Assembly (NCBI GenBank): GCA_001662655.1
Contig: KV460207.1
Length of the DNA: 64,000 bases
Direction: 5' to 3' (one strand)
DNA from: Pseudogymnoascus verrucosus
Taxonomy: Eukaryota
A program made the translations under genes and the position numbers. A model generated the notes under the pieces. That model saw only the letters and a program-made list of their open reading frames with translations, ran no database searches and had not been told where the DNA came from. This document shows positions 37,991 through 50,105 of the stretch, one piece after another (the stretch's first letter is position 1; the number at the start of each line of letters is the position of its first letter).

Positions 37991-39682
37991 TTATGCCCCA
38001 TAAATCCCCAACCCGACTCCTTCTCCCGCCGCCATCCTTAACTTCTTAGCTCTCACCTCCTCATCATCGGGCAACCTCTTCCTCTTCGGCACACTCGCAC
38101 CCTTCGTCACGCTTCCAAAAATCTTCGCCTGTAACAGTGCCCCCTTTTCTGTCGCCTCATTCAACCCTGGGCTCGCAGCAACCTCAAAGCTCTCCCTCGG
38201 GTCGCGGCGCAGCATAGCTGACGCAGCAGCACTTGCCTGGCTCTCCTGGACATCATCGCTCTCTTGTTCTTCCGTGTCATCGCTATGTCTAGTCTCCTGC
38301 GACGGATGCGGTTGTGGGTGGCCATAAGATGCTAGCTCTTCGGCATCCGAAGCTGAGATAGTTGAGTCGCGACTCTTTCGGCGCTTTTCAGTGCGGCCAT
38401 GGGGGAGCGCCGTGCGTGGGGGCTGCGCAGGCGAGAAGAAATCTTGGTTTGTGCGGTAACGCGGCTCAGACTGGGGGACGAATTGGACCGAAGGAAGGAG
38501 GTGCTGCGATTGATTCAAGTTTCGCACGGGCGTTGAAGGGAGAGATGATAGGGATTGCACGTTTCTGCTATGCTTCACGTGGCTATTACCCTTGTGCGTA
38601 AAACGTGTGCTGGTCGGTGTTGAAGGTGCGGAGTTTTGGTCGTTAAGAACGCGGTCGGCAAGTAGGAGAGTCGCGAAGGAGTCTTGGCTGTCGTGCTGAT
38701 GGATCGAGTGCGGGGTGTGTTTTGGCGTAGGCCGAGTGTATTGTGGGGTAGTTGGGAAGTTTTGCGATTGAGTCCGTGGTGTGGTGGCAGGCGCATAGAG
38801 ACCCCCTGGTGACCTGAGAAGGCGCATATGCTCGCGGTTCTCGCGGATGCGTCCAACGTAGCGGTGATTTTCGGACAAAAGGTCGCTGATATCCTCTTCC
38901 TTCTCTGCGATGATTGCCTTGGCGCGGTTGAGTCGTCGGTTAATGAGCGCGTTCTCCTTTTCCATGGATTCACAGTATGCCTTCATCTCGGCAATATATC
39001 GAGCGTTGGCTGAAGGCTGCTCTGGGGGCTGAGATGATGCTTCTCGGCGAGCCAACTCAGTAGCCTGCAGAATCTCCACTTCGCGTCTAGTCATCTCGTG
39101 CTCTACCTCCATGCGCTTTGTTGCCTCCTCTGTCTCAATTACTAGAAGACTATGCTGCAATTTATAATGCGCAGCCGCCATACGGGCTTCGTGGACCTCC
39201 CCATCTAGCCTTGAGTTCTCATTGAGCGCCGCCTCAAGCGAATCACGCAGTTCGGTAACAGATGCATTGGCTACATGGCTCGCTGGGATAGGCAATGGCC
39301 TGCCGGCCCCTCGTTTACTGTCATACGAGACAGTTGGCGGTGGTGAAGAGAATATGGCATGAGTTGGAGTCGTATCGCGGTCAAAGGTAGAGCTTGGCGA
39401 TCGACGCTTTGGAGGTTGTGATGACGGAGGAGGCGTAATGGAGGATTGAGGAGGCGGAGAGCTATACTTTGGTCGCTCAACGCTCGGGGCAGGCACCGGT
39501 ACACTGCTTGCATTGAAAGAGGTCGGAGGTGAGCTTGGGTTGGCGACTAGCATAGAAGTCGTTGGTGATCCGGTGGTAGCTTTTGCGATATCTGAGTCCG
39601 ATGGCAGCGTCGCATGGTGGGGTTGAGGGGTAGTCGGAACCTCAATTTTCGCCGCATCCTCGAATTGAATTGATTCATTCAT
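37991..39682 (-). CDS. Fungal hypothetical protein with central coiled coil and Pro/Ser-rich disordered flanks
   Basis: 563-aa intronless ORF; coiled-coil segment ARMAAAHYKLQHSLL...RMEVEHEMTRREVEIL; basic C-terminus. Confidence 0.8.
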   Translation of the reverse strand: MNESIQFEDAAKIEVPTTPQPHHATLPSDSDIAKATTGSPTTSMLVANPSSPPTSFNASSVPVPAPSVERPKYSSPPPQSSITPPPSSQPPKRRSPSSTFDRDTTPTHAIFSSPPPTVSYDSKRGAGRPLPIPASHVANASVTELRDSLEAALNENSRLDGEVHEARMAAAHYKLQHSLLVIETEEATKRMEVEHEMTRREVEILQATELARREASSQPPEQPSANARYIAEMKAYCESMEKENALINRRLNRAKAIIAEKEEDISDLLSENHRYVGRIRENREHMRLLRSPGGLYAPATTPRTQSQNFPTTPQYTRPTPKHTPHSIHQHDSQDSFATLLLADRVLNDQNSAPSTPTSTRFTHKGNSHVKHSRNVQSLSSLPSTPVRNLNQSQHLLPSVQFVPQSEPRYRTNQDFFSPAQPPRTALPHGRTEKRRKSRDSTISASDAEELASYGHPQPHPSQETRHSDDTEEQESDDVQESQASAAASAMLRRDPRESFEVAASPGLNEATEKGALLQAKIFGSVTKGASVPKRKRLPDDEEVRAKKLRMAAGEGVGLGIYGA

Positions 39683-40293
39683 GGTGAGGAGTGGCTAGTG
39701 CGAGGGTAGTATGAGTGGAATGCGTGTGAAGGTCGCCGTCGTAGTCGTAGACCAAGCTGATTGTGAAACGAAGACAGGCGACAGGATAACAGTTCGGTGG
39801 TCTAGCACGTAGCTGGTAGATAGGTGTATGTCGCCTCGCTGCTGCGACAACAATATGAGTGTTCTCAACTAGCAAGCGACTGTGAGGTATGTTATATAGA
39901 GTGGCGATTGCTTCACATCGATGGTTTGTGCCGTTTGCGACGGGAACAATCAGAATGGCTATGGTCGATAATCAAAGAGGTTGGACTATTACACTAGTGC
40001 CCCACGCTAAAATGCGGACCGTTGCTCTTGACAACCCAAATACACACAGACTACCGAAGTCACCTGACTGTCTCTCCCGAAGATCCCCAGACCCTTGGAT
40101 TTTCAAAAAAGTGACATGGGTAGGGAGAGATTCACCTCCTATATGACCCCTATTGACCCTTCAGCCCTACTGGAAAAGCTGACAATTTTTGTTCTTTGTT
40201 TCATGGATATTATCCTTCGTTTCAAACAAGGCCCAACGCCGCAAACGATGCTTATGCTTTGAGCTTTAACGCAGACAAGAAGTATCATACGAA

Positions 40294-43200
40294 ATGGGGG
40301 ACGTAAACAATTCGCCAGTCGCGTCGACGCGCTCATCCATACCACGCCCGTCGAGGCTTCCACTCCCGTCACAATCGCTGCGTCAGTCGACATCGCGAAG
40401 CTCTTTAAGATCATCTACAAATACTATACCAGTTGCCAGGCTACGCCCCAAGCAATCGAGAGATGTGTTAGCTTCCACGCAGGCAACAAACGCCGCCAAT
40501 GATCGAGATGTCGACGCAGGCGTTCGTACCCAGAAGGCGCCAGTTTTGCGGTCAAAACCTAGCAATAGTTCCTTCAAGGAACTGCAGTCGCGCTATGAAC
40601 CAGCCCTGGCCTCCACCGCCCAAACCGAAATTTCCGAAGATCCTTCTCAAGCCGATCCAAGGAGTAGGAAACCACGACCTTCCTTGTCCGAGAGAGTTCA
40701 AGAGACGCTCGCGCAAATACCGCCATCTCCAGTCGTCAACAGGCGAAAGTCAAGTTTCTTTAATCCGGAAAGCCCAATGCGCTCACCTTCGCGATCCACC
40801 AATGGATCCAGACCAGGCTCGAGCTATGAGAATGATGGGAAGATGAGGCCGCCATCTCGACAGACGGCATCGAGGCCCGGTTCAAGCGCGGAGTATAGTA
40901 GCCAGGCAGTGCCGATCGACTTTCGTGCTTCGACGAATACATTCAAGCCTAGTTTGCATACTCCAGTTAAACGGCAATCAATTCAAACGCTAAAAACCCC
41001 CAAGAGTGTTTCCTCTCTTCGCCTTGCAGCATCATCGAAGACTCCTGGGTCACCCAATCCAATCACTCCATACAAGGCACCTACACCAGCCCTTGCGGTT
41101 AAATCAGGAAGCAAAACCGTTGGAAGGGCTGTACGCCCACGGGCGTCAGTGACTAGTCTCTTCGATGAACAGCCCTTTGAGCCTATCAGGGCGGCAGAGT
41201 CGAAGGCCCTAAGGACCGTACGCCCTCGAGCATCGATTGGATCGTTCAGTAAGCCTGCCCTATCGGAACTTCCTAACGTGGGGTCTCCCAGGGCAAGTTT
41301 TGGCATGAAGAAAGTATCGCCTACGTTTTCAAACGCTTCATCTACTAGTGCCTCCACAACGTCGCATGCGTCAAAAGAATCTGTAACTACTGTTGGAAGC
41401 ACTCAAAACAAGGAGACGACCCCCAAGAAGTCATCTATAGCTCTTAGAGAGCAGATTGCGAAAGCGAAGGCAGCGAAGAGGGCAGTGATGACCAAGACTG
41501 CGCCTGTCGCACAGCCTGAAGGGTTTGCAGAAGAGGCCCCTGTGATCCCATCTGGCACGTTTGATTTTGGTCTTGAGGATCCTTTCAACCAGAATACTCA
41601 GGACCCAAGCAAAGGTCTCCTCCGCAAGCGCATTGATGGTGCTCGCACAGATGGCCGTCTTAACATCGCTGCTATGGGACTGAAGGAGATACCTGATGAG
41701 GTAATGAATATGTACAATCTTGAGAACATCAATGGCCATGCCAGTTCATGGGCTGAAAGCGTTGACCTGACTCGCTTTGTTGCTGCCGACAACGAGCTCG
41801 AGACTATTGGAGATGATATATTTCCTGATATAGATCCAAGGGACTCGGCAGACGATGACGATGCTCGCGGTAATCAGTTTGGAGGCCTCGAGACGTTGGA
41901 TTTGCATGGCAATACTCTTATTTCAATTCCCAGAGGCCTTCGACGACTTGAGATGCTAACTACACTTAACCTTGTAAGTGATCCATGTGATTTAAGTGAT
42001 AAATCTAACGTTATTAGTCAAATAACAAGTTGCAAAACGACTGCTTTGAAATCATCTCGCAAATTCCAAGCCTACGAGACTTGAAGATCGCCAACAATTT
42101 ACTGTGTTCCGAGGCAAGCAGTGGCCTGCTTAGCCTCGTGAATCTTGAAGTTCTGGATCTACACAACAATCAACTGTCGTCTCTACCTGCGGGATTCGGC
42201 GACCTCGTCCGCCTTCGAGTCCTCAACCTTTCGGAGAACACCTTCACATCCCTGCCATTTAACGCCTTTCAACGCCTGCCCCTGACAGAACTTACTGCGG
42301 CAAACAACAAGCTTTGCGGCACCTTGATACAATCAAATGCTGCTGAATTTCCTAAGCTCCGCACCCTCGACATATCTGGAAACTCCATCAAGGCTATCTC
42401 CTCTGGCTCGCTGTCTCTCCCTTCGTTGCAGCTTCTAACTGTATCTGCCAATCGCTTGACTCATCTGCCGAACATGTCGACCTGGGTATCGCTTCTCACG
42501 CTGTCTGCTTCGGACAATTCGATTTCCGCACTCCCCGAAGGATTTGTCAGTCTTCCAATCTTGAAGACTGCTGATTTGCAGGGGAACGACTTGCGTATAC
42601 TTGATGACAATATTGCACTGATGGATTCGTTGGATACGCTGTTGGTTAGTGGTAACCCTCTTCGGGAGAAGAAGTTCAGCGGCATGAATACCGCAGATTT
42701 GAAAAAGGTACTCAAGGGAAGGTTAGAACCAGAGCCCGAGCCAGAGCCGGAGACCATCATTGAAATTCAGAACAACGGATTTGGGGCTGCAATTGCTAGA
42801 GACGACGACTCGGACACTGGAACCGAATACCTGGATGCACCAAGCACACCTACACTTCCACGATCGCCCTCCGCAAGCGAGTGGTCGATAAACACATCCT
42901 TGGGAATTCTAGACCGCTCGTACTCTCAGTCATACTCGCTAAACCCGCTCGTCGCTGCACAGATTGCGAGCGAAAACAAAATCAAGACGATGGAGCTGCA
43001 TCACAACAGTTTTACTGAGATCCCAACAAGCATTGCGTTCTTCGGTCTTACCCTGACTACACTAAACATGTCACACAATTCACTCACCAGTGACACCTTT
43101 ATGAAAGACGAAATAGAGCTACCGGCGTTGAAGGAGTTGAATCTCAGCTCCAACACGTTCAGTTCGCTCTCTCCAATTCTGCGCTTGCTCTCTGCACCAC

Positions 43201-43535
43201 GTCTTGAGAAGTTAGATGTCAGCTTCAACCGCCTTACAACGCTTCCGTTCCTTCGAGGGGCGTTCCCATTGCTGACGGCTGTGCTGGCGAGCAACAACAC
43301 GATCCGTGAGGTGAGTGCACAGAACGTGACGGGATTACGGATATTGGACGTCGGAAGCAATGAATTAGAAAGGCTAGACGCACGGCTGGGCCTTGTTGAG
43401 TCGCTGCAGAGGTTGGAAGTGTCAGGGAATAGGTTCAGGGTGCCGAAGCATACTATTCTGGAGAAGGGGACGGAGGCGGTGCTCGCATGGCTGCGAGATA
43501 GGATTCCTGTCTCAGAGTTGGAAGAACTGAGCTGA
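40294..43535 (+). CDS. Leucine-rich repeat protein (LRRC40-like) with long basic S/P/R-rich N-terminus; intron 41974-42017
   Basis: ARTDGRLNIAAMGLKEIP followed by many LxxLxLxxN repeats; C-terminal GNRFRVP...GTEAVLAWLRDRIP. The 44-nt intron joins the two ORFs in frame. Confidence 0.9.
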
Positions 43536-44280
43536 TGAGCGAGTAATGGGAGTTGTCTGAGTCCAGTAATGTGGAGTAATTTGGGGTGGAATGGGATAGA
43601 GGCGTCGGCGATTGGAAGGTTACTGGCAGAGAATACCAGGGATGAAAGACGGGTCTAACTAGTATATAATAATGTATTAACTATTCAATGAGGCTATTCG
43701 ATAAAACTTTGGGAGAGTGGTTTGGACTTGGAAGTACACTGCCTTTGAAAAGTTTATGAGTGATTTAATAATCAGACAACACATGAATACCTAAGGCAAT
43801 TTCGACAACCCCGCGAATCGCCCCCAGCACCACCGTCCTTCCGCAACTAGTCATACAAAAGTCAAAAACATAACAATAACATACAACAGTAGGAATTTGC
43901 TGCTGGCCACCCGCTCGACTACTAATCCGCCGATCTGATGTTTTCACTTGCTTGTTACTTCAGTCGGTGACACCAGGCAAAAGGGGCGAGTGTCTGTGTC
44001 TCAAGTATTTGAGGCAATTACGAGCCACCTCAATTATGTGGTGGGAATTATCTCGACAATGCAGATGCACGTCTCATACTGAGACACAATTGACTTGGTG
44101 CAGCACGACTTTGAATGGCCATGGGTGATCTAGGTGGTCCAGGTGACATAGGTGAGATTGACTGTGCAAAGGTTTCATATTCCTTCAATATGCAAGCATT
44201 CCTTCCATATGCGGTGCGAGGATTCCTTCGACTTTGAATCTGCTAATTCACTTGCTCAGACTTAGGTCAGGTTGAACAGT

Positions 44281-44316
44281 AACAACTTTTGGTGTAACAA
44301 CTTTTGGTGTAACAAC
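44281..44316. repeat. 15-bp tandem duplication AACAACTTTTGGTGT x2.4
   Basis: Exact repeat read from the sequence. Confidence 0.85.
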
Positions 44317-44760
44317 GGATTATGTTATTGTATTATAAACCGTTTTTTTGTTTTCAAATTACACTCTGTCAGATGAAGTATTTACCACACAGGCATGCTT
44401 TCAAGTAAATCTCACTCTGTTAGACGACAAAAGGTTTTACAGAATGTGTGTAAATATACGCATAAGGCTGGGCCTGCATTATCGAGGAGGATCACCTGTG
44501 TAACACTTGACAGCTTCTCCTTAGCTCGTAGTACCTTCGTGCTCGGCCAACTGTCCTGCTCGGCCTGCCGATATGCTCTCCCTGACGTACCTCTAAGCAA
44601 ATGGGTATATATAGGTCTTTAAGTCCAAAGAAAAGTCAACCTCATCCATCATCATTCAAAAAGATCCTCAGATATAGTTTCTACAAAACAAAAGTTTCCG
44701 ACCATTAAGATCTTATCAGCTACATCCCGCAATATCAGACAACTACTCCCAATAAACACC

Positions 44761-45239
44761 ATGCATACCAGCTTCATTCTCACTGCCATCGTCGCTATCG
44801 GCGCCGCCACGGGGGCCTCTGCCTCAACAATGGCTCCTCGCGCTGCCCTCCCTAAAGCTAACGAGTTAACAAGTCCAAACTGGTAAGTCTTATACGCCTA
44901 AACCCATATATCCCCTTTCATCTATGACCTACCACTTATACAAACGAAACGCCTACTAACTCCTGCTTTCTCTCTCGTAATAGTGCCCCAGGAACCGGCA
45001 GTTATGAGCATCATTCAGCCTTTCTCGGCGACGTTACAATGAACGATGGTAGTCATTCCGTCTACTTTGCTGCTGGGCCATGGGACTTCTTCAGTGGCAA
45101 GACCAAAGAAGGTGGATATTGTACAGGCGATTGGATAGGAAGATGGGCAGATGATAGTCATCCATGTGTGAATTTGGACACAGCGGGTTCTAACGGTCGT
45201 CGTATTAAGTGTGTTAGGCTTGTGAGGATTAGACTTTAG
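44761..45239 (+). CDS. Small secreted 4-Cys protein (125 aa), effector candidate; intron 44883-44983
   Basis: MHTSFILTAIVAIGAATGASA signal peptide. The GTAAGT...TACTAAC...TAG intron joins in frame to ORF 45039-45239. TATA-like element at about 44606. Confidence 0.85.
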
Positions 45240-45968
45240 AGGGAAATATTTAACCGCTCTTCGTCACCAGCCATAAGCAATCTTCAGAAAATGAGTGCAA
45301 TTGGGCCACTTAGTACATTTGTTTGTGTTTGCACCCAGTTCGCAAGTGAGTATGAATGCGAGTACGACTACGACTACGAGTACCCTGACCATCTTAGCCA
45401 GACCCTCGTAGTAGTAGATTGTAACAACTGGTGGAATTTCCCTTTAAATTGGAAACTTAGTCCAAGCATATCCACAATATAAAGCACAAATAGGAGGCGT
45501 CTGCGCTATGGCTTTCACACGTCAAAGAGAGCCATCATTCCCCACATTCCCCACATGGACTTTCCATCGAACAGCGAAGCCACAATGGGTACCCCGCAAT
45601 GTCCAAGCACGTACGTTCCCCGTTCGGTATCTTAAAGCTTTTTAGATACACACTGCCGGAGTGCGTCTCCCGATAGAGGCTCTCGTAGCTGTGATAGCTG
45701 TGATTACATCAATTTTAAAATTCTTGTAGACCTCTTCATCCAAACACCATTGCAGTCCAGTTTGTATTGTGGGGTGCCATCCTCATTGGGCGATGATGAG
45801 CATGTCGGGGTAATAACATGCGAGATGCACAGCGATGGTATAATAACGTGCAAATTATGTCAGCAATTAAGAAGGCTGATCTGATTTTAACTTAAATTTT
45901 ATATGTAAAGTCTCCTCTTAGATGATTGATGGAGTTGGGAAACTTCTTTAACCATCCCTTTAGGAATC

Positions 45969-47905
45969 ATGCGGGCTTCCATTTTAATCTGCGGTCTGTC
46001 GGCTTGCGCTACGGGGTTGGCTGGAATTGTGCCTAGAGTGTCAACTGGCCATGCAGATGGTTCATTTGCTTCCCCTGGAGTTGCAATTAAGCCAAAATTC
46101 AGATATTGGTAAATGATTATCTTTTCTCCTATTATTCTACGCAGTTCTGTATTCTGATGCATTGTTTTAGGCTTCCAGATGCGAGCATTGATCCGGCAGG
46201 CTTCTCAGACGACATTGCCCAACTTGCCAAGCGTGGCGCTGATGGGACGGAGCTGTTGAATTATTTTGGTCTACCCACAGTCAGTTGACAATAACACAAT
46301 GGAAAGATGGAAGCGTATACCGTTCTTAGTCCGTCACTCCAAGCAACTGGGATATCTACGGATATGGTGCACCAGGTTATTCCAAAATTGTCAAGGTTGC
46401 CTTAGAAGCCCATCGCGACGCTGGCATCTTGTTCGACTATACACACAGTGCCAATGGCTGTGTGCCAGCGGAAAAGGGCAACCCGGGTTTGTCCTGGCAA
46501 TTGGTGAGATGAGACGCTCCATTATATGCATACGTGCGCGAGTACTGATGTGTCCCAGAATTACTACGGCACTACCAATATTGGAAATTTCAATGGCACC
46601 GTACCCGGATGGGGCAAAGGGGAGTTCATCGGTACGGTCACATTTGCGGTGACCAATGTTGGGACTCACCCCGCCGATTTCCATGGCGCGTTCGGATGGG
46701 GAAAATCGTATCCTGCCTATACCATATCCAACGCCTCGTTAACAGATGTGACGAGTTTGGTTGACTCCAAAGGATTCATTGAGACAAACCCAATACAGAC
46801 GCTTGACGCGCAGTACAAATCAAGTTGCAGTTTCCAAGGCCAAGACAACCTTTCAGGGCCTATTAAGCCGTACCAATGTACACCAGGTTCCGTTGGAAGG
46901 GCTCGCCGCCAGCATAAAATCCATTGGCATCGCCCCTAGAGTGCAGGTCTAATCGAATGGGTCTTGGTATCCAAGATGGCGAGAGACTTCGTCAGGTGAT
47001 ATTTATGTCTGGATCTACAATGACGGCGCAGACTCTACAGAAAGCCTCACTTTCGCGACCACTGGAACTCCATATTTTCTCAATGCATGGACAGGCGAAG
47101 AAGAGCTAATTTTCGAATATACCGCAACCAGTGGGTCTACGATGCTACCATCTGCACTGAAAAAACACACGAGACTCGCATTGTCAAATTTACCAAAAAG
47201 ACGCAGCTGCTGAGGCATGCTACCACTAGCTCCGACTCTGTGTTAGGCTTCAATGTTCAGTTGCTAGGATCGCTGATACAAGCAAAAGTTGCATACTCTA
47301 CGTCTTTGTCGACCGTTTCGACGTCCTTTGGATTACCCCAGACCTTCGGAACAACGGGCGTGCAGCCAGCATATACTCTTAACGACTGGAGTCTGGTAAT
47401 TGAGCATTGGGGACCCCCCGACAACTTGTATAATCTGGACCTCGATGCCAGAAAGGAAAATCTGACTGTTCCCATCGATGGGCCTTCATTGAAGTCATGG
47501 AAGGATCTTGGGTTTCCAGATGTCTCTGGCATTGGATTTTATAGGACCACTTTCGAATGGAGCCCCTCATTACTTTACTCCACGGGAGGGGCGTATCTCA
47601 TCCTTCCACCAGTCTCGGACGGAATTGTGGGAACACTGAATGGCAAGCGCCTACCTGCATTTGACATCACAAACCCAACCACTCATATCAAATCGTACCT
47701 TAAGAAAGGGGAGAACGTGCTGGAGTTCAAGGTTTCATCCACGTTGAAAACTTCACTGAAGCCAATATGGAATAACCTTCAAACGGCTGGTGGTGGTGTG
47801 GCATCAAGTTGGGATGCTACAGCGAAACTGGGATTTGGACTGCAACATTACGGTCTGATTGGCGAGGTTCAAATTATTCCATATGGGTTGGTGCCGATAT
47901 TGTAG
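45969..47905 (+). pseudogene. GH106-like (alpha-L-rhamnosidase-type) secreted glycoside hydrolase, internally deleted and disrupted
   Basis: Signal peptide, F.SP....PKFRYW|LPDASID, WDIYGYG, VPAE.GNPGL.W.L. Jumps out of frame near 46800 to C-terminal-type sequence, with in-frame TAA at 46950-46952 and a further frameshift near 47150. Ends with W.L..EHW, SWKDL..DVSGIG.Y, YGLIG.V. Confidence 0.75.
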
Positions 47906-48718
47906 GAAATCTAGGGAGAGAATTATTAAACCAAGTTCCGATCTTTGCTGTGGTTGTGGAGAATACCGAAGACTGATATGGAGCAGCATTCTCCACAGCA
48001 GCTCACGCAGCCTTGGGGGCCTAATAATTTCCAAGTGATCCCTGTTCTTCACCTAATGAAGCGATTGTGACCAGAGTTGCTATTGGGACTAAAGTAATTG
48101 GTAATACCTAATCCTTAATCTCGGAATTTTAGACAAGTACGGCCCCGCTAAATTGAGTTTGGCGGCAGCTAAACCCGATAATATGCTTACAGAGCAATAC
48201 CCTAAATAGCCAATACCGTCGGACTTCGGTGTAGTTTATTTTCCGAGCAACGACGCACGTCACTTCTAAACTTTTGTCTGACTGAGCAATATACACACCA
48301 ATGCTCTCCTCGGCCTTGAGTAGATGTCCGAGGATCGGCATATTTGTAATACTCGATATAATTCTACTGAGACGCCACAGAGACCTCTAACTACCCAGTA
48401 CCGTTTGGGTATTGGATTGCACAGAATTGGAAAATATGCAACGGATTGTTATTATTTATGTTGAAGTTGAACCAATGAGCGACGATGGAATTTATTAGTT
48501 TACCCCATTGCGTCATTGTTAATCATTTCTCTACGATTACCTATGCACTTACTCATCGACATAATAGTGCACCGCTATAAACATATCATATATATATATA
48601 AGAAAGTCCTCCTTGTAGCAGGTAATATATATTCATGAGCCTCTAATAGACATCAACTCAACAAGACTGATATACTTTCCAACCAACACATAACTACGTC
48701 ATCCATCTCAGAGCAACA

Positions 48719-49606
48719 ATGGCAGCTCGAAAGGTTCTCATTACTGGCGCAACGGGCAAGCAAGGCGGAGCTGTTATCGATGCCCTCTTGTCAAGCGGTT
48801 CATCTTTCCAAATCCTTGCCCTGACGCGCAATGCCTCGTCAAAGGGCGCTCAATCCCTGGCCTCAAAGCCCAACGTCACTGTTGTTGAAGGAGACTCTTC
48901 CTCCCCGGCCTCAATCTTCAAAGCTCACTCACCTATCCACTCTGTTTTCTCCCTGACCATCCCAGGCAAAGCTGGAGCTGAGGAACAACAAGCTAAGCCG
49001 CTAATTGACGAGTCTATCAAGAACGGAGTCGACCATTTCGTCTTCACCTCCGTGGATCGCGGTGGACCTGGGACGAGCGAGAAGAACCCTACCAACATCG
49101 AGCACTTCGCATCAAAACATCGAATCGAGGAATATTTGAAAGAAAAGAGTGGAAATGGGTCGAAGATGGCATTCACGATCCTAAGACCTGTGTGTTTTAT
49201 GGACAACTTGACCCCGGATTTTATTGGAAGATCTTTTGCCAGTATGTGGAGAGGAGTTGGCGACAAACCCCTGCAACTGATCTCCGTTCACGACATCGGA
49301 ATTTTTGCTGCGAAAGCTCTTTCGAATCCCGAATATAAGGGGAAAGCAATTTCCCTGGCAGGCGACGAATTGACAGTAGAGCAGGGGAAGAAGGTCTTCA
49401 AAGAGACGATGGGGTATGATATGCCAGAATCCTTTGGCTTCGTAGGCGCAGGCCTCAAATTCGCGATGAAAGAGTTGGGAACCATGTTTAAGTGGTTCAA
49501 GACGGATGGATATGGTGCAGATATTCCAGCATTGAGGAAAGAGGAACCGGCGTTGCAGAATTTTGGCACTTGGCTAAAGGAGAGCAGCAAGTTTTCAAAG
49601 CAGTAG
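48719..49606 (+). CDS. NmrA-like NAD(P)-binding protein
   Basis: VLITGATGKQGGAV, ALTRN, FVFTSVDRG, HFASKHRIE, ILRPV.FMDN, LQLISVHDIG, LAGDELT. Confidence 0.92.
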   Translation: MAARKVLITGATGKQGGAVIDALLSSGSSFQILALTRNASSKGAQSLASKPNVTVVEGDSSSPASIFKAHSPIHSVFSLTIPGKAGAEEQQAKPLIDESIKNGVDHFVFTSVDRGGPGTSEKNPTNIEHFASKHRIEEYLKEKSGNGSKMAFTILRPVCFMDNLTPDFIGRSFASMWRGVGDKPLQLISVHDIGIFAAKALSNPEYKGKAISLAGDELTVEQGKKVFKETMGYDMPESFGFVGAGLKFAMKELGTMFKWFKTDGYGADIPALRKEEPALQNFGTWLKESSKFSKQ

Positions 49607-50105
49607 GAGATGAGTGAGGGAGAATATTTGTAATATTAGTTTCATATCAACTCGAGTTAATATAAATAATACTTCAGCCCGTTCTGGGGTCCAGGCCTGC
49701 GCCTGCACAGGCACAACACAAAGTAGAGTAAGGCGGCGGAAACTTTCGCCGCCCATCTCCATATGTAGACCAAGACCCGTTCGCACCGAATACGCGGATC
49801 GGCGAAAATGAAACTAGCCCCAATTAAGCTATCAAAACGAGTACGTCGCCCTTTGACATCAACTCGCCGAGACGAACGTTACTGAACTGGTAAACAATCG
49901 GCGCTGTCTGCTTTAAGTTCTGCGGGAGTGCAAGTCCTTTCCGAATGTGGCTTTCAAGGTCGCCGTCGATGGCATCACTGCCCGTGGCGCAGCCGATCTC
50001 CTGGCTTCCCACAGCGACCGACAAGAGTCTATATAACGGTGAGTTGCTGTTCCTAAGACGCATGTCACACAGTAATTCTGTACCTGTTTGATACAATCCT
50101 TCAAT

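Noticed and set aside
44281..44316. Direct repeat considered as a CRISPR or transposon end
   Set aside because: No spacers, only about 2.4 adjacent copies, eukaryotic context, and no matching distant terminus or transposase.
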